Shown: positions 59,573 to 64,000 of the stretch, in pieces
How positions within the stretch are numbered: position 1 is the stretch's first letter
How the letters are laid out: each line of letters begins with the position of its first letter
NCBI GenBank assembly: GCA_965602015.1
Contig: OZ271918.1
Coordinates: forward strand, 3,040,001-3,104,000
Direction of reading: 5' to 3'
Source of the DNA: Salinispira sp.
Lineage (GTDB): Bacteria; Spirochaetota; Spirochaetia; DSM-27196; Salinispiraceae
DNA: 64,000 nucleotides
Program-made: the position numbers and the translations under genes
The notes under the pieces: generated by a model
Database searches by the model: none
Told to the model about the DNA's origin: nothing
What the model saw: the letters and a program-made list of their open reading frames with translations, nothing else

Positions 59573-61034
59573 GTCCCATCTCCTCGAAATATCGTGTAAG
59601 CAAAGTATGATCCTTTACGCCCGGTGCTGACTCCAGCCCGCTCGAGGCGTCGACCAGCTCAGGCGCAAAATCCCTGATGACATTGCGGATATTGTCAGGT
59701 CCCAGGCCCCCGGCGAGCCAGAGGGGTTTTTGAAGCGTCGCCGCCCGGACGATGCCATCGTCTATCCGCTTTCCGGTTCCGCCTGCAGAATCCGGACTGT
59801 ATGCATCAATGAGCACTCTGGGTGACGGATAGTCCATTATCATGGCTGCATCCCCTTCACGGCGAAGACTCAGCGCCTTGTAGAATGGCAGACCTCTTTC
59901 CAGGCAAGCAGCAGGTGTTTCCCGGCCATGATACTGGAATGCGTCAATCAGTCCTGACCGGGCGGCATTCGCAAGGTCCTCAGACGGGATTTCGGTGACC
60001 ACGGCGATCTTCAAAACTGGAAGATCTGACAGCTCGCGCAACAGGGCGATGTCCGCCCTGCGGGGGCTGCCGGCAAATACCAACCCGATCATGTCAGCCC
60101 CCAACTCGACAGCCTTGACGGCGTCAGAGCGTCGTGTAATGCCGCATATTTTTACCAGGGGTCGTTTTCCGCCTCCGCCCGTATGCCGGAGCTCACGCAC
60201 CGCCCGTACCCGTTCCCAGAACCGTGCGGAGGACGCCGGATAACTTTCCGGTGATTTCAAAGCCAGCCCAAGCTGGGCCGCCAGCTCTGGTTTCCTGACA
60301 ACCGCTTCTCCGACCAGGACACCGGTGAACCCCCCTTCGGATGCAAGAGCTACCTGCTCAGGAGAAAAAATGCCCGATTCATAAACAACTTCACAAGGCC
60401 AATCGATGTGCCTTCGCAAGTTCAGGGGTCCTAATGGATCCACGCAGAAATTATTGAGATCTCGGGCATTGATGCCCATCACCTGCGGTTTTATACCCGA
60501 ACGACGCACGGTATCCAACTCACGGGCGTTATGCACTTCCACGAGACAGGCCATGCCCCGCTTTTCAGCGGATTCATACATTTCTCGAAGTTGCTCGGGC
60601 TCGAGAATTGCGGCAATGAGCAGAACAGCATCAGCGCCGGCCCGCCAGCTCACCTCAACGTCTTTGTTATCGAGAAGGAAGTCTTTTCGCAAAATCGAAC
60701 ACTGGGGAAATTCTCTCTTGATGCGCATGAGATCTTCTAATGATCCATTAAATCGCCGCTGCTCGGTGAGGACAGAAATGCTGTTTACCCCTGACTGCAC
60801 ATATATCGAAGCCTGTTTAACCGGATCGAGATGTTCACTGATACTTCCCCTGGACGGGCTGCTGCGTTTGATTTCGCAAATGACGAAGGGGTGCCGGGAA
60901 AAGCCCTCTTTTCCCCGCACAGGAAGGCTGCTAGAGCGCGCCTTCGGTATATCCGCCCCCATTTCATGACCCATCGCCCGAATGTCCTGTCTACGGACTT
61001 CAACAATGTCATGGAGGACCTTGGCGACGGTCAC
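59559..61034 (-). CDS. trpCF: Bifunctional indole-3-glycerol-phosphate synthase / phosphoribosylanthranilate isomerase
   Basis: [20 protein letters not shown] and ESGI, then VKICGIT, GGTG, LAGGL and DASSGLE. Confidence 0.95.
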   Translation of the reverse strand: MTVAKVLHDIVEVRRQDIRAMGHEMGADIPKARSSSLPVRGKEGFSRHPFVICEIKRSSPSRGSISEHLDPVKQASIYVQSGVNSISVLTEQRRFNGSLEDLMRIKREFPQCSILRKDFLLDNKDVEVSWRAGADAVLLIAAILEPEQLREMYESAEKRGMACLVEVHNARELDTVRRSGIKPQVMGINARDLNNFCVDPLGPLNLRRHIDWPCEVVYESGIFSPEQVALASEGGFTGVLVGEAVVRKPELAAQLGLALKSPESYPASSARFWERVRAVRELRHTGGGGKRPLVKICGITRRSDAVKAVELGADMIGLVFAGSPRRADIALLRELSDLPVLKIAVVTEIPSEDLANAARSGLIDAFQYHGRETPAACLERGLPFYKALSLRREGDAAMIMDYPSPRVLIDAYSPDSAGGTGKRIDDGIVRAATLQKPLWLAGGLGPDNIRNVIRDFAPELVDASSGLESAPGVKDHTLLTRYFEEMGRADI

Positions 61035-62650
61035 CGCTGTCCCCCTGACTCCTTAACCTGATTGCTGAGAAACAGGGTCTCTTCGATTTTTCTCCCTACC
61101 TTCCCGCTTTTTATCGCCTCAAGCCCCATGGCATATCCCTCGGGGATGCTTCGAGCCAGCCCGTAAATGTACAGGGCAGCCCCGGCGTTGAGACAAACCG
61201 AATCGCGTATGGCATCGATGCCCTGACCGCCGATTATTTGGCGGGCCAGTTCGGCGTTTGTCCGGGCGTCCCCGCCCAATAGATCATCCACCACATGCTT
61301 TTTTATTCCGCAGCTCTCGAATGGATCGAACTCATACTCTTCGGTACTGCCGTCCTCCTTGAGCTCCACAATCAATGAAGTGTCGGTAACCGACAGCTCG
61401 TCCTCGCCGTCCCTGCCGTGAACCACCAGTCCCCGCTTCAGACCAAGCATTCCGGCGGCCTTGGCTATGACCGGCGCAAGGGCCGCATCGTATACCCCGA
61501 TGACCTGATATTCGGCTCCCGCAGGATTCGCCAGGGGTCCCAAGAGATTCATGATTGTTTTCACCTTGAGGGCCTTGCGGGCCGGAGCCGCATACCTCAT
61601 GGCCCCATGGTACAAGGGGGCAAACAGAAAAGCAAAGTCATTTTTCCGCAACAGTTTTTCGGTCTGTTCGGGGCTGATATCGATATCGATTCCCAGTTCA
61701 CGGTAGAAATCCGCGGAACCGCTCTTTGAGCTGACGGCCCGGTTACCGTGCTTTGCCACCACTGCGCCGCAGCTTGCGGCGACAATCGCCGCCATCGAAC
61801 TGATGTTGAATGTGCCAAGCCCGTCGCCCCCGGTTCCGCAGGTATCGAGCAGCGGCCTGTCGGAACTGATGGGAATGCGTTTTTTTTGCAGCACCCTGGC
61901 GCAACCGGCAATTTCATCGGGAACGATTCCCTTGGTGCTGATTGCCGTCAGGAAGCCGGCGATCTGAATATCGCTGAGGTTTCCTTCGGTCAGCTCGGTC
62001 ATAAACGCTTCAGCCTGGTCCGCGGACAAATCGGTTCCCCCGATTACCTGTTGAAGCACATCCTTCGCCACGAAGGGCTCCCGCCGATAATGGATGAAGT
62101 TTTTTAAAAGGCGCTTGCCGTCCTCCGAGGCGATTGATTCGGGATGAAACTGCACACCTTCGAGAATATACTCCCGGTGCCGTATTCCCATTATTTCACC
62201 GTCGGCTGTCCTGCTGGTAACCTCAAAGGCAGAATCGAGGGTGGATTCCTCGACAGCAAGAGAGTGGTATCTTGTGAAAGAAGAAGCTTTTGGAATGGAA
62301 CGGAATAGGCCTTTTCCATCGTGACTTACTTCTTCAGCCTTTCCGTGAACAATTCTCTGAGCCTGCACAATCCGAGCCCCGAACGCCTGGGCAATGGCCT
62401 GATGACCGAGGCATACGCCCAATATGGGTATCTTACCGGTGAAACGGCGAATAACCTCGAGACTAATACCGGCATCCTCCGGCCGTCCTGGTCCCGGACT
62501 GATGACGATATAACGGGGTGCAAGTTGTTCTATCCCCGCAATGTCAATTTCGTCGTGCCGGACAACACAAACTTCACTGTCTGTTATTTCTCGGAAATAC
62601 TGGTACAGGTTATGGGTAAACGAATCGTAATTATCTATAAGCAATATCAT
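61031..62650 (-). CDS. trpGD: Bifunctional anthranilate synthase component II / anthranilate phosphoribosyltransferase
   Basis: [20 protein letters not shown] and QFHPES, then DTCGTGGDG and KHGNR. Confidence 0.96.
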   Translation of the reverse strand: MILLIDNYDSFTHNLYQYFREITDSEVCVVRHDEIDIAGIEQLAPRYIVISPGPGRPEDAGISLEVIRRFTGKIPILGVCLGHQAIAQAFGARIVQAQRIVHGKAEEVSHDGKGLFRSIPKASSFTRYHSLAVEESTLDSAFEVTSRTADGEIMGIRHREYILEGVQFHPESIASEDGKRLLKNFIHYRREPFVAKDVLQQVIGGTDLSADQAEAFMTELTEGNLSDIQIAGFLTAISTKGIVPDEIAGCARVLQKKRIPISSDRPLLDTCGTGGDGLGTFNISSMAAIVAASCGAVVAKHGNRAVSSKSGSADFYRELGIDIDISPEQTEKLLRKNDFAFLFAPLYHGAMRYAAPARKALKVKTIMNLLGPLANPAGAEYQVIGVYDAALAPVIAKAAGMLGLKRGLVVHGRDGEDELSVTDTSLIVELKEDGSTEEYEFDPFESCGIKKHVVDDLLGGDARTNAELARQIIGGQGIDAIRDSVCLNAGAALYIYGLARSIPEGYAMGLEAIKSGKVGRKIEETLFLSNQVKESGGQR

Positions 62651-62651
62651 C

Positions 62652-64000
62652 TTACTCTCCCGTTCCGATGGCCCTTAACAGGGCGGACATTTTTTCATTG
62701 GTTTCTTCAAGTTCCCGCTCGGGTGTACTGTCGTAGACAATACCGCCGCCGGCCTGCAGGTTTAAGATGCCGTCGCGGTACAGGGCGGAGCGAATAGCTA
62801 TGCAGCTGTCCAGGTCGCCCCCCGGTTCAACATATCCGACAATTCCCGAGTAGAATCGGCGCTGCACGGGTTCCAGCCGGTCAATTGTTTTGATGGCCTG
62901 AATCTTTGGCGCACCGCTGACGGTTCCGGCGGGGAAGGTGGCCCGCAAAGCGTCGAGGCCGGACTTTCCGCTCTCTAAATCTCCTTCAACCTGACTTACG
63001 ATATGCATAACCCTCGAATAGCGCTCTATTACCATCAACTCGGAAACCTCAACGGATCCGGGCTTGCACACTCTACCGAGGTCATTTCTGCCAAGATCAA
63101 CAAGCATAAGATGCTCTGCCCTTTCCTTCTCATCGGACAGAAGTTCCCGCTCCAGCGCCTTATCCTCTGCCGCATCTGAGCCCCGGCGACGGGTTCCTGC
63201 AATGGGGCGTACAACGGCGCGGCCTTCTTTCACCTTGACATGGACTTCAGGGCTCGCACCGAAGAGCTGATACTCACCAAAATCGAGAAAAAACAGGTAA
63301 GGGGAGGGATTGGCGCTTCGCAGAGCCCGATATGCCTCGATGGCAGGCATTGATGTCTTGAATCGCCGGCGCCTGCTTGGCACTGCCTGCAGCAGATTAC
63401 CGGCGACAACCTCCTTCCTTACCGCTTCTACCATGTCGAGGTATTTCTGCTCATGTGAGGGATCACTCACCTCTTCCGCACGGTAATCCCGTTTTTCATC
63501 CTGAAGATAGTTGAAATTTAGATCATGTATCCTCTCCTCCATGCGATGAATCGCAGATTCGAGGTCGATGCTTTTTTCCTTGTAATTAAGAGCAATGAGA
63601 TACAACTGATCGGTATAGTGATCGAATACCACAAAGCTGTGTCCGAACATAAACGCTGCATCGGGAAGGTCCAGTTCATCGGGCTTGTCGAGTAAGTCTA
63701 TGGTATCGCAGAATCTGCTGAACTCGAAGCTGCAAAAACCCAAACCTCCCGCAGGGAAGGGAAAGTCCTGATGCATTGAGTTATGCTGATCCGAAAAATA
63801 CCTCAACACATCGAGAATGTCCCGAGCACGGCTTTTCACCCTCTTTTCAGGGGTTCTTCCTTCGGCGGCCGGAAAGCTTATGAACACTTCTGCTCCCCTT
63901 TGGACCACAGTGAATGCCTCATCGATCATCAAAAGGGAGTAACGTTCCCGTCCCTTTTGGTAACTGGATGATTCGAGAATAACCCGAGCACCGAGCTTCC
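62652..64000 (-). CDS. trpE: Anthranilate synthase component I (5' end outside the window)
   Basis: Frame is open to the right edge ([14 protein letters not shown]); [27 protein letters not shown] and GTVSGAPK. Confidence 0.97.
   Translation of the reverse strand, partial: KLGARVILESSSYQKGRERYSLLMIDEAFTVVQRGAEVFISFPAAEGRTPEKRVKSRARDILDVLRYFSDQHNSMHQDFPFPAGGLGFCSFEFSRFCDTIDLLDKPDELDLPDAAFMFGHSFVVFDHYTDQLYLIALNYKEKSIDLESAIHRMEERIHDLNFNYLQDEKRDYRAEEVSDPSHEQKYLDMVEAVRKEVVAGNLLQAVPSRRRRFKTSMPAIEAYRALRSANPSPYLFFLDFGEYQLFGASPEVHVKVKEGRAVVRPIAGTRRRGSDAAEDKALERELLSDEKERAEHLMLVDLGRNDLGRVCKPGSVEVSELMVIERYSRVMHIVSQVEGDLESGKSGLDALRATFPAGTVSGAPKIQAIKTIDRLEPVQRRFYSGIVGYVEPGGDLDSCIAIRSALYRDGILNLQAGGGIVYDSTPERELEETNEKMSALLRAIGTGE

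Overview
Gene-dense chromosomal window, most likely from a free-living spirochaete (Spirochaeta/Salinispira-like). That assignment is inferred from gene content and spirochaete-type hypothetical proteins and was not verified. Most of the window is core genome: partial ftsK, uppP, a lytic transglycosylase, mnmE-mnmG-rsmG, a lipoprotein/outer-membrane cluster, alr, pepT, an ACT-extended glnE, glnA, pgi, serC, pfk, galE, hflX, ogt, a sugar ABC ATPase, hom, trxA and a trpE-trpGD-trpCF-trpB-trpA operon. I found no rRNA, tRNA, CRISPR array, transposase or prophage. Four things stand out. (1) An ECF sigma / membrane anti-sigma / exported caspase-like protease cassette between glnE and glnA; the protease carries a beta-solenoid and a probable outer-membrane barrel, and anti-sigma and protease share an R-[ST]-[KR]-G motif. 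(2) An orphan ~255-nt structured transcription unit with its own sigma70 promoter and terminator after serC, holding a 13-codon ORF. (3) A 151-bp element with perfect 25-bp inverted ends directly upstream of a stand-alone Pycsar-effector-like membrane gene. (4) Many apparently leaderless genes, plus two divergent promoter pairs that share one -35 heptamer. All family calls come from motif recognition by eye; no searches were run.
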